Of a stretch of DNA of 64,000 bases, positions 36,236 to 48,199 are shown piece after piece (position 1 is the stretch's first letter; each line of letters starts with the position of its first letter). The translations under genes and the position numbers were made by a program. The notes beneath the pieces are model-generated. The model was not told the DNA's origin. It made no database searches and saw only the letters and a program-made list of their open reading frames with translations. This DNA comes from Octopus sinensis (taxonomy: Eukaryota): contig NC_043022.1 in assembly GCF_006345805.1 (NCBI RefSeq), forward strand, positions 7,192,001-7,256,000, given 5' to 3'.

Positions 36236-37302
36236 GTGTGTGTGTGTAAAAAAAAAAAACACCCAGTACACTCTGTGGAGTGGTTGGCGATAGGAAGGGC
36301 ATCCAGTTGCCAAAGCAGGCACAGAACCTGGTGGAGCTATCTGGCTTGTCTATTCTTGTCAAACCATCCAACGCATACCAGCCAGGAAAAAAGGGTGATG
36401 GGGATATATGTATGTGTTGAAGGGGACAGTGATGTAGATAGTGGAGAGGGGTGATGACGCGGGGGTGGGGGTGGAGCGGTGAGACAGCCATCGTTGTAGG
36501 TGATTGAGTGGGGATGGACCTGTCAGTGGAGCAGCAGTGACCCTACAAGGCTTTCCACCCTACAAGACTTACAATATAAACATGCTATTGTTTCAGTTTC
36601 AGCTCAGCTTTTACTGAACAGAACTATGACAAAAAGCGTTCCAGCCATGACTATGTTGCTTAGTTTTTCAAACCTCATTAAATACATTCCTTCTTTGTGT
36701 GACACTGTAGGTGGCGATTTGATGAAAATTTTTGATAGCTATTTCTAGCATGAAGACCTGTCCCTTTTTGGCTCAGCTTCGTAGGAAGTGTTGGTTGATG
36801 TGGTTGTAGTAGAGGAGGTGGTGGTGGCTGTTGGGAGTAGTCGTGCAGTGCCTGTGAATGACTAACACATGTGTGCAGCAAATAAAAATATAAAAAAGCT
36901 ATGCACATCATTTTCCAGCACAGGAGCAGTAAGGAACGGCAGAGAGAGAGAGAGAGACTATTGATATCACTGATCAGAACGACTTCCCACTCCCCCACCC
37001 CCACACAAATAAACAATAGAATGCACTAATCGACCTTACGGGTGCCACCCGACTTTCCTGCTTCCGTGCATACAACAGTGCGTCATCCTAGCCTCACCCT
37101 CTTGCTACATGAACAACAACAAAGACAGCAGCTGATCTCAGGAAATAACTGATTCATTCTGTATATGTCTCTGTGTCTGCTTTGTACTCAGATGTTATGC
37201 TTATGAAATTATATTTTTCAAAACAATTGTTCTAGTCTTATATCCTTACACAAGCAATGGATGAGTGGATGTTTATACACAAATAGTCATGTAATTAGGA
37301 GT

Positions 37303-39645
37303 GTGAAAGTCTGTGTCTACATGTATTATACATACATATATAAAGAGGAAATAGTGGCACAACAAGGTTCCATTTTTTGCTGGAAATAGCAGTCGATAAC
37401 CGTGAAAGTCTGTGTCTACATGTATTATACATACATATATAAAGAGGAAATAGTGGCACAACAAGGTTCCATTTTTTGCTAGAAATAGCAGTCGATAACC
37501 GTGAAAGCCTGTGTCTACATGTATTATACATACATCTATAAAGAGGAAATAGTGGCACAACAAGGTTCCATTTTTTGCTGGAAATAGCAGTCGATAACCG
37601 TGAAAGTCTGTGTCTACATGTATTATACATACATATATAAAGAGGAAATAGTGGCACAACAAGGTTCTATTTTTTGCTGGAAATAGCAGTCGATAACCGT
37701 GAAAGTCTGTGTCTACATGTATTATACATACATATATAAAGAGGAAATAGTGGCACAACAAGGTTCCATTTTTTGCTGGAAATAGCAGCCGATAACCGTG
37801 AAAGTCTGTGTCTACATGTATTATACATACATCTATAAAGAGGAAATAGTGGCACAACAAGGTTCCATTTTTTGCTAGAAATAGCAGTCGATAATCGTGA
37901 AAGTCTGTGTAGTGGCACAACAAGGTTCCATTTTTTGCTAGAAATAGCAGTCGATAACCGTGAAAGTCTGTGTCTACATGTATTATACATACATATATAA
38001 AGAGGAAATAGTGGCACAACAAGGTTCCATTTTTTGCTGGAAATAGCAGTCGATAACCGTGAAAGTCTGTGTCTACATGTATTATACATACATATATAAA
38101 GAGGAAATAGTGGCACAACAAGGTTCCATTTTTTGCTGGAAATAGCAGTCGATAACCGTGAAAGTCTGTGTCTACATGTATTATACATACATATATAAAG
38201 AGGAAATAGTGACACAACAAGGTTCCATTTTTTGCTGGAAATAGCAGTCGATAACCGTTAAAGTCTGTGTCTACATGTATTATACATACATATATAAAGA
38301 GGAAATAGTGGCACAACAAGGTTCCATTTCTTGCTGGAAATAGCAGTCGATAACCGTGAAAGTCTGTGTCTACATGTATTATACATACATATATAAAGAG
38401 GAAATAGTGGCACAACAAGGTTCCATTTTTTGCTAGAAATAGCAGTCGATAACCGTGAAAGTCTGTGTCTACATGTATTATACATACATATATAAAGAGG
38501 AAATAGTGGCACAACAAGGTTCCATTTTTTGCTGGAAATAGCAGTCGATAACCGTGAAAGTCTGTGTCTACATGTATTATACATACATATATAAAGAGGA
38601 AATAGTGGCACAACAAGGTTCCATTTTTTGCTAGAAATAGCAGTCGATAACCGTGAAAGTCTGTGTCTACATGTATTATACATACATATATAAAGAGGAA
38701 ATAGTGGCACAACAAGGTTCCATTTTTTGCTGGAAATAGCAGTCGATAACCGTGAAAGTCTGTGTCTACATGTATTATATACATACATATATAAAGAGGA
38801 AATAGTGGCACAACAAGGTTCCATTTTTTGCTAGAAATAGCAGTCGATAACCGCGAAAGTCTGTGTCTACATGTATTATACATACATATATAAAGAGGAA
38901 ATAGTGGCACAACAAGGTTCCATTTTTTGCTGGAAATAGCAGTCGGTAACCGTGAAAGTCTGTGTCTACATGTATTATACATACATATATAAGAGGAAAT
39001 AGTGGCACACACAAGGTTCCATTTTTTGCTAGAAATAGCAGTCGATAACCGTGAAAGTCTGTGTCTACATGTATTATACATACATATATAAAGAGGAAAT
39101 AGTGGCACAACAAGGTTCCATTTTTTGCTAGAAATAGCAGTCGATAACCGTGAAAGTCTGTGTCTACATGTATTATACATACATATATAAAGAGGAAATA
39201 GTGGCACAACAAGGTTCCATTTTTTGCTGGAATAGCAGTCGATAACCGTGAAAGTCTGTGTCTACATGTATTATACATACATATATAAAGAGGAAATAGT
39301 GGCACAACAAGGTTCCATTTTTTGCTGGAAATAGCAGTCGATAACCGTGGAAGTCTGTGTCTACATGTATTATACATACATATATAAAGAGGAAATAGTG
39401 GCACAACAAGGTTCCATTTTTTGCTAGAAATAGCAGTCGATAACCGTGAAAGTCTGTGTCTACATGTATTATACATACATATATAAAGAGGAAATAGTGG
39501 CACAACAAGGTTCCATTTTTTGCTAGAAATAGCAGTCGATAACCGTGAAAGTCTGTGTCTACATGTATTATACATACATATATAAAGAGGAAATAGTGGC
39601 ACAACAAGGTTCCATTTTTTGCTAGAAATAGCAGTCGATAACCGT
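37303..39645. repeat. 99-bp tandem satellite, about 24 units
   Basis: Unit GTGAAAGTCTGTGTCTACATG...GCAGTCGATAACC; starts at 37303, 37402, 37501; one unit carries a 36-bp deletion. Confidence 0.97.
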
Positions 39646-39697
39646 ACGACGCTATGTAAAGATTCACTGAATGTATAGTGGCAAAGATATAAACTAG

Positions 39698-39728
<31 letters not shown>

Positions 39729-39733
39729 TACAT

Positions 39734-39768
<35 letters not shown>

Positions 39769-39909
39769 GGGATAGAAGGAGAAATGCGAATATACAAATA
39801 TGAAATTATGTTTACACTATATGAGTGAAGGAGAATATGCATGCATTTATGCATTGGTGCACACATGCATATAAATAGACAACACTTTCGAAATATGGAT
39901 GACTGTATT

Positions 39910-39958
<49 letters not shown>

Positions 39959-39963
39959 AAGAA

Positions 39964-40013
<50 letters not shown>

Positions 40014-40135
40014 AGAGAGAGAGAAAGAAAGAGAGAGAGAGAAAGAAAGAGAGAAAGAGAGAGAGAGAGAGAAAGAGAGAGAAAGAAAGAGAGAGAGAGA
40101 AAGAAAGAGAGAGAGAGAAAGAGAGAGAGAGAGCG
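39910..40135. repeat. Long (GA)n/(GAAA)n purine tract
   Basis: Direct inspection. Confidence 0.95.
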
Positions 40136-40544
40136 AGCACTGTGTACGCGCGCGCGCGCGTCGTAACTATGTTTTAAACCATTTTTTTCTTATTTTGCTT
40201 CTTCCGTTCACTTTTTTTTGTGTTTACTTTTCTTTCCTTTTTTTTTTTCCTGCTGAAAATGTCAAATCGCAAAGCTTTAACAACAGAGAATGCAAGAGAG
40301 GAAGGAGAATCAGACGAGATGGGGGAATGAGAGGGAGCAGTTTCTGTTAGTAGTACCCCCATCCCCCGACTCCCAAGGGCCGTCCAGGAACTGCTACAAT
40401 ATGGATACATAACAATATTACGGATAATAAAGGGTGAGAGAACGGCAGCAATTATATTGTAATACCGGGAAAGGAAGGTATGGACGTGTGTGTGTGTATA
40501 TACATATATATACACACATGTATATATGTATATACACATACATT

Positions 40545-40679
40545 CATGTATGTAGGTATAAGACAAACACACAGACATAGAGAAACACACACATGTATGT
40601 AGGTATAAGACAAACACACAGACATAGAGAAACACACACATGTATGTAGTTATAAGACAAACACACAGACATAGAGAAA
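40545..40679. repeat. 47-bp tandem repeat, three copies
   Basis: CATGTATGTAGGTATAAGACAAACACACAGACATAGAGAAACACACA at 40545, 40592 and 40639. Confidence 0.9.
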
Positions 40680-40969
40680 TGAGAGCAGGAAGAGGAAGTA
40701 ACTCCAGCTAATAATATATTAAACTCATAATGAGTGTACGTGCACGCACGCACAGTTCTATTGGTTTGACGCTGGGCTGCGCGGCCATGCTAGAGCAGCA
40801 CATCCACGTTTCGTGACGCAAAAGTCAATGGTTGAACAACAATGGCGATAGGGAATCAATGGTTGCGAGGGGCGACAAAAGAACAGGCTACATTGTGGAG
40901 CTACAATTCTCATTCACACACACACACATATATATATATATAGAGAGAGAGACATACATACATACACAC

Positions 40970-41255
40970 GTACTCTTTTACTCGTTTCAGTCATTTGACT
41001 GCGGCCATGCTGGAGCACCGCCTTTAGTCGAGCAAATCGACCCCGGGACTTATTCTTTTGTAAGCTCAGTACTTATTCTATCGGTCTCTTTCGCCGAACC
41101 GCTAAGTAACGGGGATATAAATACACCAGCATCGGTTGTCAAGCAATGCTAGGGGACAAACACAGACACACAATCACACACACACACTCAAATATATATA
41201 TATATATATTATATAATATATATATATACACATATATACGACAGGCTTCTTTCAG
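40970..41255 (-). mobile_element. Family A SINE 3' part
   Basis: TACTCTTTTACTCGTTTCAGTCATTTGACTGCGGCC... Confidence 0.85.
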
Positions 41256-41582
41256 TATATACATATATATTGACATACATATATATATATATATACACAC
41301 AAATACATACATATGTATATACATATATACACATACATATAATATACACACACATATATATACACATATACACACACACATATATATATACATTCATATA
41401 TACACACCATATATATATATACATTCATAAATACACATATATATATATATATATGCATTCATATATACACACACATATATATATACCTACACACACACAC
41501 ACATATATACCTACACACACACACACACATATACCTACACACACACACATATATACCTACACACACACACACATATATACCT

Positions 41583-41629
<47 letters not shown>

Positions 41630-41711
41630 TATATATACCTATACACACACATATATATATATACATATATATACCTATACACACCACACATATATATATA
41701 TATATATATAT

Positions 41712-42074
41712 AAAACCTTTTATGTGCACAGTCTGTGGCAGACCACACCTGTCTTTTGCTGGCCTCAAATCTCATTTCCGAATGCATGGAAAACAAACAC
41801 CCACAACTATTCTGCTTATGTTTGTGCACACCTTTGAATGTAGTGTATGCCAGAAGGTTTGCAAATCTAATGGGGGCCTCAAGGAGACATTTTAAGATCT
41901 ACAAAGAGCAGAACATATCTCCATCGCTTGGGAGTCCAAATTGGAGGTGCAATTTATGTGGGCGTCTTTTCAGAACATTTTCTGGTTTGAAAAGAGCCAC
42001 ATCAGATGCTATGATGGTGCTATGGTGTAGGTACAGGAAGTGGTCAAACTCTGCATAAGGAGTAGACAACCACC
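41712..42074 (+). pseudogene. Decayed triple C2H2 zinc-finger segment, probably an RTE LINE ORF2 C-terminus
   Basis: KPFMCTVCGRPHLSFAGLKSHFRMH / FECSVCQKVCKSNGGL.RHFKI / WRCNLCGRLFRTFSGLK; frameshifted; no TGEKP linkers; followed by (AT)n. Confidence 0.6.
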
Positions 42075-42104
42075 ATATATATAGTCAATCCAAGCAAGAA
42101 CAGG

Positions 42105-42265
42105 CAAGAAAAAACAACAACGCTAGGATGTTGTACAAGTACTGTGTTATTGGATGCTCAGGAAAGGAAAGAAAAGAAAAAGAACTTCATGTTTCGTGCG
42201 GAGCTCTTCATCAGAAATACAGAAAAAGTCCAAAGAAGGGAGATAGACAGAGAAAATCACCAACT
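42105..42265 (-). mobile_element. Penelope-like terminal repeat remnant with hammerhead core
   Basis: Minus strand CTGATGAAGAGCTCCGCACGAAAC (core at 42192-42214). Confidence 0.6.
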
Positions 42266-42274
42266 ATATATATA

Positions 42275-42689
42275 TCTTTCTTTCTTTTCTTTTTCTTTTA
42301 CTTGTTTCAGTCATTTGACTGCGGCCATGCTGGAGCACCGCCTTTAATCGAGCAAATCGACCCCGGGACTTATTCTTTGTAAGCCCAGTACTTATTCTAT
42401 CGGTCTCTTTTGCCAAACCGCTAAGTAACGGGGACATAAACACACCAGCATCGGTTGTCAAGCAATGCTAGGGGGACAAACACAGACACACACACACACA
42501 CACACACATACATATATATATATACATATATACGACGGGCTTCTTTCAGTTTCCGTCTACCAAATCCACTCACAAGGCTTTGGTCGGCCCGAGGCTATAG
42601 TAGAAGACACTTGCCCAAGGTGCCACGCAGTGGGACTGAACCCGGAACCATGTGGTTGGTAAACAAGCTACTTACACACAGCCATTCCT
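42275..42689 (-). mobile_element. Family A SINE, full length
   Basis: Consensus-like. Confidence 0.88.
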
Positions 42690-43014
42690 TATACATATAT
42701 ATATATCTAGAAATATAAAAATACATAAAAGGAGATTCAGTATACAAACATCTAAAATGGTGAGACTCCTTTTTCACAAGAACTGATTACTTCACAATGT
42801 CCCTTGAAAAGCGAATTTAAATAGCAGAAACCGGTTGAATATCACTACATCCATAAAATATGTAGATATTAAAAAAAAAATTTCTGTAAAAATTTCCTCC
42901 ACTTTTTATGTTTTCCATATATATATATATATATATATAGGGAGAGTTTACGAAAAAAAACAGAAGACGAAGACAGGTGATGTACAAAACAAACAGATGC
43001 ATTAGCATATATAT

Positions 43015-43710
43015 AATGTTCGTCCTTCGGTTCGAAGATGACCAACTGACATCATCTGATGGAACTGCCGCCATGAGACCTGAGGTGGCTGGTGAGGCCA
43101 ATCCGAGCAAGGAAGCCCCTCCCACAGGTGGGGCAGAAGTGGGTAGGGGCCGTGCTACTGGTGCAGGCGGCTCTGGCTTTACGCATCTGACGTTTCTGCT
43201 CCGCTGACCGAATCCGTCCCTCCTCGGCTGTCCCTGCTCCCACGGTGATTGCGCTGCGCCAGGATGAGCGGTTGGCAGCAAGTGTCTCCCAGGTCTCTGT
43301 TCCGATGGAGAAGTCTTTGAGAGAGACCTTGAGACTATCCTTGTAGCGCTTCTTCTGCCCTCCGACTTTGCGCCTGCCCTGGCCGAGTTCACCGTAGAAG
43401 AGCTGTTTTGGGATGTGAGTGTCGGACATGCGGGAGACGCGGCCCGCCCATCTCAGCTGGGCCTTGCACATGATCGTGATGGTGCTAGGGAGATCTGCCT
43501 GCTTCAGAACTTCCGTGTCTGGGACTTTGTCCTGCCAGCGGATGTGAAGGAGGTTCCGAAGACACCTGAGATGGAAGTGGTTTATCTGGCGCTCGTGCCT
43601 TCGGTAAGCAGTCCACGTCTCGCAGCCTTATAGTAGGGTGGTAAGCACGACTTGGTGTTGAGGCTGATTCCTCTCCGCTCCCATATGCTCTCAAGTCTGG
43701 GAGCGGAGAG
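43015..43710 (-). mobile_element. RTE clade LINE 3' end, 5'-truncated, little decayed
   Basis: CETWTAYRRH...HLRCLRNLLHIRWQDKVPDTEVL...QLRWAGRVSRM...PKQLFYGEL...GGQKKRYKD...CPTCGRGFLARIGLTSHLRSH. Confidence 0.92.
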
Positions 43711-43729
43711 CATATATATATATACACGT

Positions 43730-44428
43730 GCTGGAGGCACGTAAAAAGCACCAACCAATCGTGGCCGTCGCCAGCCTCCTCTGGCCCCTGTGCCAGTGGC
43801 ACGTAAAAGGCACAAACTATACCCACGGACTATATGGCGTTAGGAAGGGCATCAAGCTGTAGAAACACTGCCAGATCAGACTGGAACCTGGTGCAGCCTC
43901 CTGGCTTCCCAGACCCTGGTCGAACCGTCCAACCCATGCTAGCATGGAAAATGGATGATGACATATGTACATATATATATACTTATATATATATATATAT
44001 ATACTTATATATATATACATACATACATATATACTTATATATATACATACATATATACTTATATATATACATACATACATATATATATACATACATATAT
44101 ACATATACATATATATACATATATACATACATATACATATACATATTTGGCCAGTACCGCATTGACTGGCCTCCGTGCCGGTGGCACGTAAAAAACACCA
44201 TCCGAGCGTGGCCGTTCGCCAGCCTCGTCTGGCACCTGTGTCGGTGGCACATAAAATCACCCACTACACTCTCGGAGTGGTTGGCGTTAGGAAGGGTATC
44301 CAGCTGTAGAAACACTACCAGATCTGACTGGCCTGGTGCAGCCTTCGGGCTTCCCAGACCCCAGTTGAACCGTCCAACCCATGCTAGCATGGAAAGCGGA
44401 CGTTAAACGATGATGATGATGATGATGA
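43730..44428 (+). mobile_element. Two family B elements separated by a microsatellite, each with one or two repeat units
   Basis: Modules at about 43730-43958 and 44148-44428. Confidence 0.85.
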
Positions 44429-44772
44429 TAATTATATACATACATATATATTCTAGGCCGGATTTGGCCAGTTTCAACCTTAAACAAGTTAACTATTTTG
44501 GTCAGATAAGGTTGGTTTGTTTGTTAAAGGGTTAAATAAAGAACTTAATGATAACGACAAGCTCTACTTCAAAGAGGCACTTGTAGGAGATCAAAAATAC
44601 ACTCAGAGTTTCCCATGAAAAAGGAAAGGAAGAAAGAGAAGGCAGAGCAGTTGAAAATAGAAAAACAAGGCCTTTTACAAATGTGCAAAAGAATCTATCT
44701 CAAGGTTACAAGACAGAAGCACTGTCTGAAGAAAATGGTTCACTAACTGTAGACTCCTGGAGGATAAGTAAA

Positions 44773-45041
44773 GGGTAAAGACCCCCTTCGGTCATGAGTG
44801 ACCATGGGATTGCACCTAGAAAGTTACCCTCCTAGACACAAGTCCGGGCAAGGTTGTTTATGGAAGACCAGCAGTCGCCCATGCATACCGGCCTCCCCTC
44901 TCCACGCCACCAGTGTCATCCAAGGGAAAGAGAAAGGTCGATACAGCTTGGCACTAGTGACGTCGCAACTCATTTCTACAGCTGAGTGAACTGGAGCAAC
45001 GTGAAATAAAGTGCCTTGCTCAAGAACACAACACGCAGCCC
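44773..45041 (-). mobile_element. CORE-type SINE (family D variant), 5'-truncated
   Basis: TGTGTTCTTGAGCAAGGCACTT...TCAGCTGTAGAAATGAG resembles the CORE domain; 14-bp TSD GGAGGATAAGTAAA at 44759-44772 and 45042-45055. Confidence 0.85.
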
Positions 45042-45941
45042 GGAGGATAAGTAAAATACTCAATAAACATTTCCAAAGTGTTTCAATCTCTCCACTGGGA
45101 AATATGCAGACAAGCAAGCCTGATGGTTTCTTCAACATTGCTGATTCACACAAGAAGAGACCACACAAGGAAGGAACCAGCCATTAAGCAGATGATCTCA
45201 AACTCAGCAGCAGACCCTTGTGGATTTTCAGCTATTCTTTTATAGTGAAGCAAGAAAGCCCTTGAAAACCCACTGAAGATACTACTTTAGAGTTTCCTCA
45301 CAAGCAGCAAACTTCCCAAAATGCTAAAAACAAGGTAGTAAATGTCCTATCAACAAAGGAAGGAGCAAAAGAGGTGATAAAGATTATATACCTTTTTCGT
45401 TGACCTTGTGTCAGCAAAGCCATAGAATGTATTGTCAGAAGGAAGCTGATCGTGTTCCTTGAACAAAATGGCTTGCTCACTAAGTTGCAACATGGTACAG
45501 TTGGTAAACCAGAAGAATGGATGTATGGCTTTTTGAAAGATAGAAGCCAGACAGTTGCAGCCAATGGTGCTCTCTCTCTCTCTCTCTCAGAGGATACATC
45601 AATACTAAATGGAAACCCTCAGGGAACTGTGACCACTGCTGTTTGTGGTGACTGTGTCAGACCTACCCTTAGTCATAGAGTCAGCCATTCTCACCATCTT
45701 TGCTGGTGATACAAAAGTATCACAAACAATCAAGAACCTTGAAGTCATCTCAAAACGACAGAAAGATTTCAACACAATTTTCAAGTGGGCTGAGGAAAAC
45801 AATATCTAGTTCAATGCTAAGCTTCAAAACACTCAGCTATCAGTCCACAAACAGACTACATTCAGAATATGCAGTACCTTTTGGTCTTGCAATCCCAGAG
45901 TCTGAGTCAGTGTGGGAGTCAAAGTAATTCCATGAGTATAT

Positions 45942-46085
45942 TATAAGGTTGTCCCAAAAGTTCGTAGAAAGTCTTGGAAAATAATGGTCTTTATTTTGAG
46001 GAATAATTTTTGTTGTTTTTGTTAGTACTTGGCGAGTAAAAATTCAATTTTCGCAAGTGTTTACGAACTTTTGGGACAACCTAAT
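45942..46085. mobile_element. Tc1/mariner-type MITE
   Basis: TIR TA(A/T)AGGTTGTCCCAAAAGTTCGTA / TACGAACTTTTGGGACAACCTAATA with TA ends. Confidence 0.8.
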
Positions 46086-46989
46086 ATTAAGATGACAACA
46101 CTGTCCAGACAATCGACTTGTTGGATTCTGAGATCTTCAGAACATGACAAAAGGCAACCATGTTGCTTTGAGGGAGCACATTTGTTCTCAGTTCCGAGGA
46201 CTAATGCTCCCTATTAGGGTTGCTACAATGTGTCAAACTAAGAACAGAACTGGGAGCAATCTAATACCACATAAAGAGATGAGGTTCTAATTCCTGGACA
46301 GAAGATACAAAAGGTATGCAATAATTTACACAGGGAAGATTCTGGAAGGTCCAGCATACAACTTTGGGACTGGATGCCATTGCATAGTGCTGAAGATCTT
46401 ACCATATGCATCCAAAGCAAAAATCCAATACTGTAGCTAATAATCCTTTCTACTTTAGGCACAAGGCCTGAAATTTTGGGAGAGGGGCTAGTCAATTATA
46501 GCAACCCAGCATGTAACTGGTACCTATTTCATCAACCCTGAAAGGATGAAAGGCAAAGTTGACATATCGATAGAATCTGAAGTCAAGATGTAAAAACAGA
46601 TAAGATACCAATAAGCATCTTGCCTGGTGTGCTAACGATTCTGCCACCTCACCGCCTTAATAATAATAATAATAATGATTTGAGCGGGATGGGCTACTCA
46701 ACCTGAAGAAAATTCTAACTGGGCCCCACCTGCAAGGTCATGTGCTGTTTATCTTGATATGAGATCACCATGTCGCGCACATATGGTTGTGATGCATGTG
46801 CCTGGTGTACCCTTATCAGACGGGTAGTCATGATGGGTATATTGGGCTTCGTATATTTTACCCCAGTGTCACTTTGATGGCATGAACTGTTCTCTCACTC
46901 AATAATAATAATAATAATAATACTTAAGTAGAGTGAGTTCATGGCTCGCAGGACAGCTGCTGTGCTAACCTTGGATCACAGGGTGATCC

Positions 46990-47305
46990 ACTGTTCTTGA
47001 GGAGACCTATTGAGTCAAGTACGTCAACATCAAAATAAAAATCAAATGGACACCCATGCCAGTGACACGTAAAAGCACCAACTGATCGTGGCCGTTTGCC
47101 AGCCTGCTCTGGCCCCTGTGCCGGTGGCACATAAAAAACACCCACTACACTCACGGAGTGGTTGGCATTAGGAAGGGCATCCAGCTGTAGAAACACTGCC
47201 AAATCAGACCAGAGCCTGGTGCAGCCTCCATGGCTTACCAGACCTCGGTCGAACCGTCCAGCCCATGCTAGCATGGAAAACAGACATTAAATGATGATGA
47301 TGAAC
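46990..47305 (+). mobile_element. Family B element with RTE-end remnant and one repeat unit
   Basis: TTCTTGAGGAGACC...GTCAAGT, then unit, then B module and tail. Confidence 0.75.
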
Positions 47306-47423
47306 ACAGTATTGACTTATAAAAACATTTAATATACTTTATAGTATATTATGGTTGCATAACAAAATAGCACATCCTAACAAATCATTAATATATATAC
47401 ACATGTGTGTGTGTGTGTGAAAG

Positions 47424-47720
47424 TGCATGGCCCAGTGGTTAGAGTATTGCACTCCTAATCTCTAGACCATGGGTTAGGGTTCCCATACCAGGCAGCGTGT
47501 TGTGTTCTTGAGCAAAACACTTCATTGCACGTTGCTCCAGTTCACTTAGCTGTAAATGGGTGACCCTGCAATGGACTAGCCCTCCAATCAGAGGGAATAC
47601 TGGCCTGGCCTGCTCACTTCACCAGCAGGGGGCATCGTTTGAAAGCTAAAACGATAAAAAGTGCATTGTGATCAGCAATGTATAACAACATCCAATAGTC
47701 TGGTCAATCATGAGTTCACG
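47424..47720 (+). mobile_element. CORE-type SINE with tRNA-like head and a different 3' part
   Basis: TGGCCCAGTGGTTAG A box; TGTGTTCTTGAGCAAAACAC core. Confidence 0.65.
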
Positions 47721-47791
47721 TGATACATATATATAGAAACATCATCATCATCATCGTTTAGCGTCCGTTTTTCATGCTAGCATGGGTTGGA

Positions 47792-47852
<61 letters not shown>

Positions 47853-48199
47853 TATACACATATATACACATACAAGTAGATATAAACAGAGATAAATACC
47901 AGTAATATTAATATCATACAACATGAATTTTTGATTTCTTAAAATAATCTCCCTCTCTAGAGGATATGCCATAATTACCAATGGCAATTAAAATCAACTC
48001 CACTTAAGAGGAGAGGATCTCAAGCATCAAGAATTCTTCAGAGTTGACATGCCATGAAGGAGAAGGACTAGCTTATTGTCTGGAGATAAAGGCTCAAGCA
48101 TAGATACACGTTTCTAGCCCAATAGCCATCATCAACTTTACTTCTAGCAACCAAACAACTTAGACCTAAAACAGAGGAGAAAACAGGTACAGCCAAAGT

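Larger units (their letters stand above)
44550..46420 (+). mobile_element. Decayed CR1-like LINE ORF2 (RT region) with nested SINE and MITE
   Basis: AFYKCAK; KILNKHFQSV; KAIECIVRRKLIVFLEQNGLLTKLQHG; GNPQGT; IFAGDTK; RRYKRYAIIYTGKILEG. Confidence 0.75.

Noticed and set aside
36760-36870. Minus-strand exon candidate in a low-complexity Pro/Thr-rich stretch
   Set aside because: Acceptor plausible but donor weak, and the downstream part overlaps a decayed dispersed repeat.
37273-39866. 644-aa and other ORFs in the 99-bp array
   Set aside because: 33-codon satellite periodicity, frame-breaking indels between units, no recognisable domain.
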